The translations under genes and the position numbers were made by a program. A stretch of 64,000 nt of DNA from Carcharhinus longimanus (lineage: Eukaryota). This document shows positions 1 through 13,399 of this stretch, piece after piece. How positions within the stretch are numbered: the stretch's first letter is position 1; each line of letters opens with the position of its first letter. Below the pieces are notes generated by a model, which made no database searches, was not told the origin of the DNA, and saw only the letters and a program-made list of their open reading frames with translations. The stretch covers positions 57,420,860-57,484,859 of the forward strand of contig JASCQW010000098.1 in NCBI GenBank assembly GCA_030264375.1. The letters run 5' to 3'.

Positions 1-197
1 AAAGGAAATTGAGTGAGGTGAAAGTAGTAAAAGAGCACTGAATAAATATTACAAACATATATCATCGTATAAAAATGCTCATTTTAATGCTCCTTCACGC
101 ATGGAACTTACAAATGTTGTGGTTGCTCCAAATGAATGAGCTGAATATGCTTGTCTTAAACAAGCACAAATGGACGCTTGCAACATTTACATGTAGA

Positions 198-550
198 GTC
201 ATAGAATCATACAGTACAGAAGAACCCATCAAGTCAGCACCGACGTGAGGAACACCTGACCTCCCACCCAATCCCACCTGCCAACACCTGGCCCATAGCC
301 TTAAATGTTATGACGAGCCAAGTGCTCATCCAGGTACTTTTTAAAGGATGTGAAGCATCCCACCTCCTTCAGTCTCCCAGGTAGCATATTCCAAACCTTC
401 AGTACCCTCTAGGTAAAAAGCTTTTTTCTCACATCCCCCCTAAACATCCTGCCACTCACCATAAAGCCATGTCCTCTCATGGCTGACTCCTTAACTAAAG
501 GGAACGACTGCTCCTTATCCACTCCGTCCATTGTCCCTCATAATCTTGTA
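198..550 (-). mobile_element. CR1-type LINE 3' fragment
   Basis: The reverse strand resembles the CR1 ORF2 end and 3'UTR, ending in a ctatgactcta-type tail. Confidence 0.7.
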
Positions 551-1849
551 CATATGCATTTAAGTGTATTTTAATATTTAAATGAACCACTGCACACGTT
601 GTGTGAGAGCGCTGTCGGATATTCGCACTGTTATTATTTATGTTTGCTAACAAATAGCCAGCAGATGCCTTCCCTGATCAAGGGATAGGGAATGCTGAAG
701 CAGGTAGTCTACCACCCATTGAAAAGGAAAATGGTGATTTACCTCAGGCTATTAACCACAGAATGGATAAAGCAAGGAGAATAGTATGCTGATAACAAAT
801 AAAAGGTCACCATAGCAAAGCTTTATCAGCAAGAATCCAGTCTTGTTTGAATTACTGTTTTAATTGTATTTTATTAACCACTTCATTAACCGCTCACCAG
901 GAAGGTACTGCAGTTCACTCCACCATGCTTTCTAATTCTGTTTATTTTCAGCTTTTTTTTACATGTTGAATAAATATTTTGGTGGGAGGAAATTGCTTGA
1001 TAGAAGACAGGAAACGAAACTTCACAGCATGACAGGGCACATTTACAGAGGTCAGATTACACTATAAAACTGGGACAGAAGGATTGTCAACGTGCTGCTC
1101 CCCAAGCCTAACATAGATATTGCAACATGAAATAACTTCCTCCCCTTCTGCAGTTGTGCCAGGAGTTGCTGGCCACAATATTGGCTGTGTCTCTTTGTAC
1201 GTTGTTCTGATCGATCCATGCTGCCAATGTATATCGCTAGCAGAGATTCAAACTAAAGTGCATTTGATCTCCATTGTCTACCCCCCTACTCAAAATGAAA
1301 GAAAATAAAGTAAATTGCCTTCTCCCCTTCTCTTGACCTTATCTGTTCCTCACACTGCCTCATATATTACTCCAGTCCCTCATATCTGTCATCTCTCCTA
1401 CTCATCTCTTTTCTTCTCACTCTTTCATGTTTTCCACTACTCATTATCGCACTAATCTCCTTACATTCCAAATACTCCTGCAACTCTGCTATTTTCAACA
1501 TCCATTTCCACCCCCCCGCCCCCACCACCACTTACCTTTCCTAAGTGTTACACTTCCTTATTTTAATAACTGCCTTAGTATTGAGGCAAGGAAACCCTGA
1601 CCGGAATTTGACGCTCAGCCAAATCTCCGTACACTACAGCAAGACCACAAAATTCCAGCTGCAGGGGTGAGATGGAGAATTCGGCCATTTACTTAGAGCT
1701 GGAACTAGGTGGGGGGAGGGTTCCAAGAATGAAAGATTTAAAAAAATCAAGGGTATATGAGTGGTACAGAATAGTGAGGGGGAACTTGGCTGTCAAAGTG
1801 TGACCGGCCAGGGCAGGAAACATGAAGAAAAATATTTGTTACAGAACCA

Positions 1850-2390
1850 ATCCAGAGTTGTAAACAACTGTGCAAAATCAAAGTTAAATGTTCTTTATCT
1901 GGGTTGATAGCACAGATTGCAACATTTGAGTATGAAGTATTAGCTATTACAGAAATATGGTTGCAAGTTGATCAGGATTAGGTGCTCAATGTTCCAGGGT
2001 ATACAATGTTCTAAAATAACTTGCCAAAGGGGAAAGGAGATGGGGGTTAATCAAGGAAGGTTTCAGAGCAGCACTGAGTTGTGATATAAAGGCAGTAGAT
2101 AGTGATATAGAATTGGTTTGGGTTGCAATCATGACTAGCAGGGGAAAGAAGACAAGGATTGGAGTAGAATATCGACCCTCAAAATGTGACCTCTCAAGAA
2201 GTCAGGGCCTAAGTGGGGAAATATCAAGGGCATGTTCGAAGGGAACTGCAACTATCATGGGAGATATTTATTGGACAAACCAAATTGGAAAGGGTAATGT
2301 AGAAGAAGAATTTGTGGAGTGCATCAGGGATTGCTTTTTAGAGCAGTACATTGTGGAACCTACCCAGGAACAGACTATGGTTTTGTGTAA
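1850..2390 (+). mobile_element. Degenerate CR1 ORF2, AP-endonuclease region
   Basis: Fragments such as VLAITEIW, GVEYRP, IMGD and EEFVECIRDCFLEQYIVEPT. Confidence 0.8.
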
Positions 2391-2547
2391 TGAAGAAGAC
2401 AAGAAAGGAACCTCACAGCATGTTGGTGCACATGTACAGAGGTCAGNNNNNNNNNNNNNNNNNNNNNNNNNNNNNNNNNNNNNNNNNNNNNNNNNNNNNN
2501 NNNNNNNNNNNNNNNNNNNNNNNNNNNNNNNNNNNNNNNNNNNNNNT

Positions 2548-2620
2548 ATTGAATGGCGGGGCAGGCTCGAAGGGCCAGATGGCCTACTCCTGCTCCTATT
2601 TCTTATGTTCTTATGTTCTT
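2548..2620 (+). mobile_element. Young CR1 3' tail next to an assembly gap
   Basis: gaatggcggggcaggctcgaagggcc...ctcctatttcttatgttcttatgttctt. Confidence 0.85.
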
Positions 2621-2624
2621 ACAA

Positions 2625-4300
2625 GCACAACAGAAGATGACGTGTGAGCCTTTTTCAGATAATGCTCAGGAGGAGGGGTACCCAGTGGCTTTGAAAAACC
2701 TGAACTTCATTTCCAAAACTCTTTTGCCATCACGGAAAAGTGTTTTGTGAATAACGTTGTGAGCTAATGCTGCCAAAGAAACAGTAAACATTCCTCTTTC
2801 GGATAACACAATTGAACGGCGTACTGATGAAATGTCAGTTGACATTGAACAAGTGTTTCAGGGGAAATCAGAAAAGAGTAGAAAATTCACCCTGTAGACT
2901 GATAACTCTATAGATGTTAGTGGAAACAAGTATGTTGACAGGGCTTCTGTCCAAGAGATTTTTTTTCTTTTGTAAAGAATTGCCTGGTCATGAAGCTGGA
3001 GAGGAAATTTGTTGTGTCACAGCTGCTTATCTGGAGGGAAACAATTGAAACTGGACCAAGTTAAATAGCATCTGCACTGACAGAGCAGCTTCCATGCTAG
3101 GAAAAGTCAAAGGATTTGTGATTAAGGTGAAAGGACAAATCCGGACATCCAGGTCAGCCATTGTACCCTTCACTGTGAAGCCCTTGTTGCCAAAGCAATG
3201 CCATCTGTGTTGATATCATGGATCATGTGAATTCATGTCCTTTGTAATCGTGTCACTTTGCTATATTGTGTTAAGTTGAGTTGAGTGGCAGGATTTACAC
3301 GGGCGCACAAAGGTTCAATGGCTGTCTTGGGAAATGGTCCCCTCTCATGTTTTTGAGCTTTGTAACTGTGATATCATGCCCTTTTAAGGAACAAACTCTT
3401 GAAGGGTCATATGATCCGTGTGGCCAATTAGGCCAGAGCACACAAATCCTGGAGCTGATTTTCCTTGCTAGTTAGGAGTTGTGGAGAATGGTAGCCTTTA
3501 TATCACTCCCTGTACAGAGTTACTTACGTTAACAAACCATTCATTCATTGATCGACATGGTGATTGCCCATTTTTGCAACATCCCACAGGAATGCGCCGA
3601 AGAATTTTTGGTCCTGCATGAATTGCCAAACAAAAGTTTGATATGTGATGATTCTAGATGTGATGAAGCTTGCCTATGTTTCAGATATATTCAGTAATAC
3701 GAATGAGTAGAATGTTAAATGCAGGGGAGAAATGAGAATATCCTGACTGCCACAGGTAAACATCAAGAGATCAAAGCTGGCCCGTTGGCAAGAAAAAAGT
3801 GGCAAGTGGGTCAGTCGAGATGTTCAAGCTGGCAAAATGAAATCCTGCTGGCAAAACCATACTCACCTTTACACATCTTAAAACACTACAGGAGAAGCTT
3901 GAATGCTATTCCCCTCTACAAATAAGGAAGGCTTTGAGTGGGATTTTCCGATCCTGCCTGCCACGGGAATTATAGCAAGGGGGACTCGAACCATGCAAAG
4001 GGCTGTTGACCCCAGGCAGGATTTTCTGGCCTTCTGACGAGCGTGGCTGTAAAATCCCATCTTTTATCTGGGTAAGTTCACTTAGCTCAATTTCTCCTGA
4101 ATCATCAAGGTCTTTAAAGGACAAGAGGAATTTGCAGAGCTCAGAATGGATTGTACACTGAGGTTTACAAAGACACCGCTGAACACATTTGGTTGCTTGC
4201 AAGACAACAATATCCATCCGTTACAGATTGAGCTATAGCAATACTCTTACCATCTCCCACAACCTACCCGTGTGAGTTGACATTCCCAACCACTGGCCTA
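2625..4300 (+). mobile_element. Fossil hAT transposase (Buster/Charlie type) interrupted by insertions
   Basis: Frameshifted pieces PLSDNTIERR, ICTDRAASMLGKVKGF, HCTLHCEALVAK (CxxH), KLAYVSDIF, MQGRNENIL and LLPSPTTYPCELTF. Confidence 0.82.
3938..4060. mobile_element. MITE-like insert of about 120 bp within the hAT fossil
   Basis: Terminal inverted repeats tgggatttt ... aaaatccca. Confidence 0.55.
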
Positions 4301-4469
4301 TGTGAAAAACAAAATCAGTACATGCCTGTCAGTGGAGCAAAACCCATGAGTTGCCCTGTCATCACTTCCCCCCTGGATGAAGAGACTGTTCTCAGAGAGT
4401 CAGGCCTAGGTATCACAGTGATGTTGTTGGTAAGATGCTGCTCACATTGCCTTCATTTATAATCCCCCA

Positions 4470-4680
4470 CTGACACTAAGACTCATTGTGCTCAGATCGA
4501 AAGAGAACTCCACACTCTGATCTTTACCTGTCGGACATTTCAATTCATAAATGGCTGTCATGCGACTGCAACACATGATGGTAAAGCTGCCACACTACAA
4601 TCTCTGCATTGTCTGCAAACATGATAAGGAGCTGTACTTGGTTGATGCCCTGTTCAGAGTCTTCTTACTCAATATAGATC
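4470..4680 (+). mobile_element. Gypsy-type RNase H remnant
   Basis: TDTKTHCAQIEREL and RLQHMMVKLPHYNLCIVCKHDKELYLVDALFR resemble the YAQIEKE...RLQR...ADALSR motifs. Confidence 0.65.
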
Positions 4681-4749
4681 AGGTAGATTGTGAGAAAGAT
4701 ATAGACATAATGGCAAAATTAATTCAGGAACTTACAGGTGGACGTCACA

Positions 4750-5900
4750 TTTGATTTGGTTTGATTTATTATTGTCACATGTATCAACATACAGTGAAAA
4801 GTATTGTTTCTTGGGCTCTATAAGATAAAGCATACCATACATAGACAAGGAAACGAGAGAGTGCAGAATGTAGTGCTACAGTCATAGCTAGGGTGTAGAA
4901 AAAGATCAACTTAATGCAAAAGAAGTCCATTCAAAAGTCTAATAGCAGCGGGGAAGAAGCTGTTCTTGAGCCAGCTGGTATGTAACCTCAGACTTCTGTA
5001 TCTTTTTCCTGACGGAAGAAGGTGGAAGAGAGAATGACCTGGTGTGTGGGGTTCTTAATTATGCTGGCCGCTTTGCCTAGGCAGCAGCAAGTGTAGACAG
5101 AGTCAATGGATGGGAGGCTGGTTTGCATGATGGATTGGGCTACATTCACAACCTTTCGTAGTTCCTTGCAGTCTTGGGCAGAGCAGGAGCCATATCAAGC
5201 TGTAATACAACCAGAAGGAATGTTTCCTGTGGTGCATCTGTAAAAGTTGTGAGAATCATAGCTGACGTGACAAATTTCCTTAGTCCTCTGAGAAAGTAGA
5301 GCCATTGGTAGGCTTTTTTAACTATATTGTTGGCATGGGGGGACCAGGACAGGTTGTTGGTGATCTGGACATCAAAAAACTTGAAGCTGTCAACCCTTTC
5401 TACTTCGTCCCCATTGAGGTAGACAGGGGCGTGTTCTGCTTTACACTTCCTGAAGTCGATGACAATCTCCTTCGTTTTGTTGACATTGAGGGAAAGATTA
5501 TTGTTGCTGCACCAGTTCATCAGATTCTCCGTCTCATTCCTATAATCTGTCTTGTCATTGTTTGAGATCCGACCCAATATGGTGGTGTTGTCAGCAAACT
5601 TGAAAATCAAATTGGAGAGGAATTTGGCCACACAGTCATAGGTGTATAAGGAGTATAGTTGAGGGCTGAGAACACAGCCATGCGGGGCACTGGTGTTGAC
5701 GATGATTGTGGAAGTGGTGGTGTTGTCTTTCCTTACTGATTGTGGTCTGTGAGTTCGGAAGTTCAGGATCCAGTCGCAGAGAGAGATGCTGAAGCCCAGG
5801 CCAGAGTTTGGAGATGAGTTTCCTGGGAATAATGGTGTTGAAGGCTGAGCTGTAGTCAATAAATAGGAGTCTGACATGGGTATCCTTGTTATCTAGATGA
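4750..5900 (-). mobile_element. Rex1/Babar-clade LINE, 5'-truncated (RT C-terminal half and 3'UTR)
   Basis: ORF 5146-5877 has [36 protein letters not shown] and LSLNVNKTKEIVIDFRK. Tail tgtgacaataataaatcaaacc. Confidence 0.88.
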
Positions 5901-6129
5901 GTAAGTTTTAAGCATGTAGCTTATGTGCACTTTATATGATTTAAAAAAGACATTTTAAACAGCACATTACAAGGATGTACTTACTAAAATTGCACTCTGC
6001 ACCATGCACAACCATAATGAAACTTCTTGCTTCAAAGATACAAGAAACTCAAAAGGAAAAACTCATTGAGTGGTGTGTAAATAATTAAAAATGAAGTTGC
6101 GATCTAACTTTGTAAACATGCCACTCAGT

Positions 6130-6620
6130 CCAGCCAACTAAAACAGAGCAGCAATCAACAAAGCCAACAGAATATTGAGCTGGTTATTCAAATTCATGAA
6201 ATCCAAGCCAGGATGCCATAGGTTAAGCTGTATACTGCATTGGCCAGACCTTACTTTGAATATTGCATTTAATTCTGCTGACCAGGAAACACAGGAAGCT
6301 ATAAAAAGCCATAAAATCAAACCCCAACATTGAAGGTCTGAGTGTGAGGAAGAACTAAAATTCCTTGGACTTTTCTGCCCAGAAATGAAGCACGTGAGCA
6401 GTGATTTTATAGAAATGCACAATGAATGGAAAAGGTGTATAAGGAAATTTACTTGGAATTAATTACCAGATTAAACGCGTAGAAAACGTATGGCAGGTGT
6501 TTTTTTTCTTGAGTGGCAGGTTGAGGGAGCTGGAGGAAAAGGTCTCTCAGTTGTGCTCGAGTTTGAGAATGGCTGTAAAAATGGAGTAAACAATAACTAA
6601 GCTAGCTCAATAGACGCAAA
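6130..6620 (+). mobile_element. Old CR1 3' fragment
   Basis: KANRILSW and LARPYFEYCI-like remnants. Confidence 0.55.
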
Positions 6621-8449
6621 GAACACTGATAGAAAATAGATTTCAGAATACTGAAGCTAAATGAATTGTGAATTATGTATCCCAGAAGAAATCAAGGAAA
6701 AGAGAAACAAGAGCTTTGAGTTAAAGAAGCCATTCTGTTTAACTAAATTTGTAGTTGAGAGAACACTATCAGAGGCAACGGAAAGTTTTGAAGTAATTCT
6801 GTTAAGCTGGGACTTGAAAGTTAAAGCAATCGACCATGAGAATAACCAGTAAGACAATTGTGGCAGAGGAAAGGAGTTGGCTCCAAATCCTGACAGGAAT
6901 TACTGCTAAAAGTTAAGTGAAAGCTCACCCATGAAAATTATCTAGGGAAATTCTGAGGAAGAATCCATAAATCACAACCATGTGTTAATAAGACCATTTG
7001 TCCTTTGCGTGTACTTTGTCATCCAGGTTGATCTTAAAATCTGTGTATTTCTTAAGCTAAGGCCAAAGTAAAGGAGTGTCCTATGTTAAATAAATGCTTT
7101 CTTTTGTTGGTAAAAAATAAATTAATAACCGTGTGACTCTGTTCTCTCCATATGTGATTTTTAAAAAATAAAAGCCACGGTCTTTGAGCCAGGGTTCCAT
7201 TCTGGGATCTTGCCACCTAGTTATAGCACCAATTGGGATTATAATACCAGGCAGTTTGCAGATGCAAGTTCACAGTTGGGACTTTGATGATGGGGGTCAC
7301 ACGTTGGGTAGTATGGAGCTGGCGATTGTGATCGGGGGTTAAGGGACTGTGGTTGGTCACTTGTAAAATGCCTCGTGGGTGACAGTTGGCCAGGGTCATG
7401 CAGCAGAAAGAGGCACTGAGAGCTTCTGAGATTTGAGGGGATGGGAGGTGGCTATGAACAGGTGAAGATTGATGGTGAGGGCAGCAAAAAAGCAGATAGT
7501 AATTAGACTGGTTGATATCAGCTTACACATTACCAAGCTATGAAGTGTGTTCTCAGTTCAACAGCCTGGAAGCAGAAGCAGCAGGGCCCACCATTTTTCA
7601 AGTTTTTGCTATCCATAGTCTGATGTTGAGCGAGACATTGATGCCTTATTTGACCTTGAGCTGAGCATCTGTCCTTCTCCTTCACAGTGACTTTGTGTTT
7701 TCACCTCCATTGCTTATCTCTTCTCCTGTCTCAGTACATTACAATATTACTGTTGTAATGTACTTTGAGATTGAATTAATTAATGACCTTTTAGTGAGGC
7801 TACCCCAGGCATCAGTGAGCATAAGATTGAGTTTCACATTGAGTGTAAGATATCCCAGATGGGACTGTTGCCAGTGCGGATTTAATGGGCCGAATGGCCT
7901 CTTTCTGCACAATAGGAATTCTGATTCTCTGGTTTGCAATGAGGTTTGGTTTTTTTTTTGTGTGGATGTGGGCAGATACAAAGTTGAAATCTTGGAACAC
8001 CTGAGGTTGGGTAGTGGTCAAAATGCTGCAGTGTTCTGAAGTGTGGTAGTTAGAACTCCCTTACTAACAGCACTGCTGGAGGACCTTTACCATTGTTGTG
8101 AAATCGTGCATTTTATTGAAAATGATTTTTGAATATACTGGCTGGAAGCTCCCCACTTATAAAATACCAAAGTTTCATTCCAGAGACATGAGATCCTTGT
8201 CAAAAATTGCATCTTGAAATGTGCTCACAGGAAGGTTCACAAGTCTGGTTAGGGAGGATTTAAATTAAATTGACAATGGGGTGGCCACCAATGTACAGAA
8301 GTAGAAAAGAGGATCAAGGGGTTGGAAGTTGTGTTGAGTAGCAGTAGAAAAGGGAGTAATCCTCTATTAGATGGGAGCGAACTAAAACTACAAGGACTAC
8401 CAGGGCTAGTTTAGAAATCATGTATGTAAATGTACAAAGTGCAGAATTA

Positions 8450-9900
8450 AGCACAGACAAAATATCAGAAGTGGAAATGATAGATGTAATGGATGGGACA
8501 AAAATTCATGGACAAGAAGAACTGTAAAGAATGGATAAGTTGCCCAGTCCATTGGCATGCATCCCAGGTTGCTAAAGGATGTTGAAGGTGGAGAAAATGG
8601 GAAGGATAGCCATAATCTTTCCAATTTTGACTCAATACCAGGTGTGAAGGGTCAGAGGTTTGGGGAACGACAAATGTGATACCTTTAATCAACAAAGGAT
8701 GATGCAAGGAGATTCCTAGTATCTACAGACTAATCAGTTTAACATTGCTGAGTAAAGTTAACAATAATCAGAAGACCAACAACGAGCACTTGAAGAGGTT
8801 TGAGTTAATTAAGGAGAATGAACACAGATTTTTAGCAGGCAGATCAAGTTTGACCAATCTACAGTAATTGAATTTTTTGATGAAGGGAATACCCTGGAAT
8901 GTTGTCCACGTGCATTTTAAGAAAGAGTTTGACAATGTATCTCTCAAGTTGATTAGCAAAATTGAGGTTCATTGAATTGGAGGGTCATTATCAACTTGGA
9001 TTTTTAAAAATAATTGGCATAAAGAAGGAAAACCAAGTGTGATAAATAATTCTTCAGACCAGAGGAAAGTAGGGAGTGGTATGTTCCCAGTGGTCAGTGC
9101 CTGAGCTATTTGTTTTTCTATATGTAAATGAATTGAATATTGGAATACAATATAATATTTTAAAATTGATAATTTGGAAGTGTGGCAAGCATTAGACATG
9201 ATGCCATGAATTGCAACATGACATAGATGGGGAGCAGAATGAAACTTAATACAGATAAATGTGAGGTGGAGCATTTTCACTGAAGGAGCAGGAAGACTTC
9301 ATGGCTCAGTTCTAAAGTATGTGCAAGATCGGGAACCTGAGGATTTGTGTATAGATTTTGAAGCTTGTAGAACAAATTGAAAGAGTAGTTAGCAAAGCTT
9401 ATATGGTCTAATGATTCATAAATATTGAATACTAAAGCGGAGATGTAATACTGAGGAACTTTCAGAGGCTTCAGAGAAGGAGCTTTACTAGAATGGTTTT
9501 TTGGGATGAAGGTTTTTTGGGATGAAGGATCTTAGCCACAAAGTTTAGTTGAGGAAGCTGGGTTGCTCTCTCTGGAGCACGGGAAGTCGAGGTGAGATTT
9601 CACAGGTGTGCAAGATCATGTCCGGTTTAGATAAGCTAATGGTATTAGGCTGAGGATACAAGGGCTAGAGAGCACAGGCTTTAAGTTTTAGACAAAACAT
9701 GCAGGATGATGTGTCAAACTTTTGTACATTGATCTAAAGTCCTGCAACTTGTGTGGTGGAAGTGGAGACTGTCAGTGATTTCAAAAAGAAAATTGGATGG
9801 TCTGTTAAGGAAATAAAGTTGCAAAGCTACAGGGATTGAGTGGACAAATAGTAATGATCGGACTACTCCACAGAATGGTGGCCTCGTGCTATTGTGTCTC
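8450..9900 (+). mobile_element. Old degenerate CR1 ORF2 (RT to 3' end)
   Basis: NVIPLINKG, YRLISLT and HFKKEFDNV-like remnants in CR1 order. Confidence 0.7.
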
Positions 9901-10054
9901 TTTATCTAAATTGAGTTGATGTGCAGATTACTCATGATGCAAGAGAATGGGAAAACAGGGTTCAGAGACTTACTGACCTACCACTATTTCCAGGTACTTA
10001 ATGCTCTAATTTATAGAGCTATCGCTGATTGCTGTGCAGACACATGGATTTGGG

Positions 10055-10420
10055 CCAGTGTCTGTGGGAGTTTGCGTTTTCTCCGGGTGCTCCGGTTTCC
10101 TCCCACACCACAAAGATGTGCTGTTAGGCTGATTGGCAGGAATAAATTGTCCCTAAATCAGTTTTCCCTCAATCTGGATGGCCATAANNNNNNNNNNNNN
10201 NNNNNNNNNNNNNNNNNNNNNNNNNNNNNNNNNNNNNNNNNNNNNNNNNNNNNNNNNNNNNNNNNNNNNNNNNNNNNNNNNNNNNNNCTCAATCTGGATG
10301 GCCATAAAACATTAGACAGGGGTCGTGGGTGGAGAGGGGGACTGGTGGTGTTGAGATGGTGGCGCGGGCACGTTGGGCCGGAAGGGCCTGTTTCCCGGGC
10401 TGATTTTGTTCTTTGTTATA
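10055..10420 (+). mobile_element. HE1/V-type SINE, 5'-truncated, spanning a gap
   Basis: V-domain ctccgggtgctccggtttcctcccaca and a CR1-like tail gggccggaagggcctgtttcc. Confidence 0.75.
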
Positions 10421-12852
10421 TATTGGGTGTAAAGTAATACTTAATAATAGTGCCTGGATGTCACGATTGCTTTAGAAAATGTTTGGATAAGTTAATATAC
10501 TGCATACATCTAAGGGTTAAAACTTTACAAACATAATATTAACACTTAAGCTGTTATAACTATCTTCGTATTTAGGGTGTTAAAACTTGCCATTACAGTT
10601 GTATTCTTCACATTGATAAAATAACAGCATTGTTACTTAAATTCTTTCTTTCATATCTTTGAACATGTTTATCGCTAAATGGTTGTTTGAAATCAACTCG
10701 TGGAGATCAATGAACTTGCATTACTTATCTCTTTTAGGTATCCGACAGAATGCAAGATAATAGTTAACTAGTTTACCAATTGCAAGAACAAACAGCAATG
10801 ATATGTATACAATGTACATGTCAGAGAAGTAAGGTAGTTAATTTTATGCAGTGATTCTTTGTTGCCACAAGATGGTGGCAGCATATTTTTAAAAGCTTCA
10901 GCAACGTAATAATTGCTCGGCATTAACTTAATGGCAGCAAATCTGCTGCAGCTAAATCAAAATGTCTTGATGTTATTTGTACACATGCAAATGTAGCAGA
11001 AACCCTGCATGTTTGCCATATTTTTTCTGACTAACCAACCTCTTCCAATTGCAAAATGGGAAAGTATTTGATGCTTGGTAAGTCCATTGACATCAAAAAA
11101 ATAAATGTTGGGTTAATGCTTTGGGTAAGAACCTTTCATTACAATTTATTGTATTACATCTTACTGAGCATTTACGTGGGTTATTTTATTACTGATTCCC
11201 TGATCATAGTGCACATCATACCACTAGACAAGAAATTAATGGTTGTGGTTAATAGTAGAGATATGCTCCTTTGTGAAATTCTCTTCTTTTCAGTAGAACT
11301 AATGCAGATGGGGTCATTAGAGTAAACAATAGAATTGCATGCTTGTCATTAGGATTTTAATTTTACACAAGATAGGAAGGCTTTGTTATTGCAGTGTATT
11401 TATTTCATGTTTGCAAACACTGCAAAGACTTGCTGGGGTAAACTTATGATCAATCACATTAGCAATTGTCTCAAGTGGATACGTTGCAAAGATTATTCTC
11501 TGGATCTGTTATTTTGTCACACTTAGTCTGTTAATTACACTACATGGCTTTTGACAAAAAAACTTGTATGTTTCATTGGCGCACACATCCCTGCAGTCAA
11601 TTTTCAATCACAGGGTTTTAAGTAGGCAAGTCTGGAAGATAAATCATTTTGAATGAAAGGATGAGCAAATAGTTTACCATCTTTGCAAAGACGAACCTTA
11701 ATTCACGTGAAATATTTCATGTGTACTCCCTTATATAAGAGCATTCTGAAACTACAGAAGGGAGGAAGCTGAGTATTTGGTGTTGCAGACTCTGGGCGAG
11801 TGGTCAAATTCAGATTGGAATTCTGCTCTGGTGCAGAGCAATAAAAATGATGCTCTGAAGATTGTAGCTTGCGTTCACAAATTACAAGAAAAGCTTTGTA
11901 AATTTGCTGCACTAACTGCATCTGTTTACTTTGAGTCTGTAACAGAAAAATGACCCAGCACATTTTTATCAGAGGTGTAACTTTATAAAAGATTACCTCC
12001 AATACAAGGAGTTATTAGCAGCAATGGCCAGTAGCTTATTGCAAAATATTAAAGGAAGAAAGGGAGGTGGAGAAGCAGAAGGAACTAGGAAAGGAATTTG
12101 AGTGTAGAGCCTACTCAGGTGAAGGAATTGTTTGGTCAGGGAGGGGTCCATGGCTAGAGGATGTTATGGAAATGGAGAAGGACAAGCTATGAAGGCACTT
12201 AAACGTGCACTGAAAATTTTAAGCATGATATGTAGGAGAGCCCAGACAAATGTAGATTACAGAGGGTAAGAGTGATGTATGAGAGACTTGGTGTAGCTAA
12301 GATGCAGATGGGTAAAATAAAATTTAGGGAATGGAGAATGGGAGGACAACCAAGACAGCATTAGGAGTAATAATGTCTGGAAATGTGTAAAGAATGGATA
12401 AAGGTTTAAACAGCAGATGGGCTAAGGTAGGGATAATGAGATGGTGAAATTACACTGCACTGTGACAGAGGAGATGGAGTTGAAAGTTCACTTTGTGGCT
12501 AAATGAGGTACTCGGGTTCAAAACCATTTGGCTTAACTTACGATCAGAGCGAAGGATAGTGGTAAGGGTGTAGAGCTTGTCGTGAAACCTTTATAATGGC
12601 TTATACTCACCCCAGTGTTCACCTGGGGAGGAGATTGTGACTCATCTATGACTGCACATTGGACAAGTAATCTAACCACAGTGATATTTGAGTAGTGGTG
12701 GAACAATTGGAATTATTCTGCCTTACAGAAAAGATGCAAAAATAATTTAAGCAAACATCCTTCGGTCATCAAATTTAGATTATAATTTAAACATCCTGAA
12801 TTATAACCTAAGTGTGAAATGATGCTTCATTCAGGATTTATTTTTGTTGCAG

Positions 12853-12953
12853 CCTGCAAGTAAAACAGCTGAAGAGCAGAAAAATGCTAATTTCTTTGAT
12901 GTTCCTTCCTTCTTAACTGTGTCTGGACAACTGCATTTGGAAGTGATGATGGG
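12853..12953 (+). CDS. NARS2: NARS2 internal coding exon (equivalent to human exon 6)
   Basis: ttgcag acceptor and GG/gtaaat donor. Encodes [34 protein letters not shown], with the Asn[12 protein letters not shown] motif. Ends in phase 2, matching the next exon. Confidence 0.95.
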
Positions 12954-13029
12954 GTAAATACCATTTTAACCATTTTTTTGAATCTGCTTTCTTGTGTTCA
13001 GAATTGTTACTCTATATTTGAGTTTTGAT

Positions 13030-13350
13030 TTAGAATCATGGAATTCCCTACAGTGCATAAGGAGGCCATTTGGCCCATCAAGTCTGCACTGACGGTGCAT
13101 GCTACCCAGGCCCTATCCCTGCAACTGCACATATTTACTATGGCTAATTATTCTAAACTACACATCTTGGGACACTAAGGGGCAATTTACCGTGACCAAT
13201 CCACTTAACTTGCACATCTTTGGTCTGTGGGAGCAAAGTAAAGTACCCGGAGGAAACCCCCACAGACGTGGAGAATGTGTAAGCTCCACGAAGTAACCAG
13301 AATTGGTTCAAAACCGTCTAAGTCTCTGGAGCTGTGAGACAACAGTGCCA
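13030..13350 (-). mobile_element. HE1/V-type SINE with CR1-like tail
   Basis: Reverse-strand V-domain (cccggaggaaaccccacagacgtggagaatgtg) and tail (ggaggccatttggcccatc). Confidence 0.85.
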
Positions 13351-13399
13351 CTATTACACTTTAATGGAGTTGATGTATTGTAATAGAAAACTTAAAATA

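Noticed and set aside
5146-5877. 243-aa ORF as a host gene
   Set aside because: It is a Rex1 reverse-transcriptase fragment with FADN in place of FADD and frameshifts at both ends.
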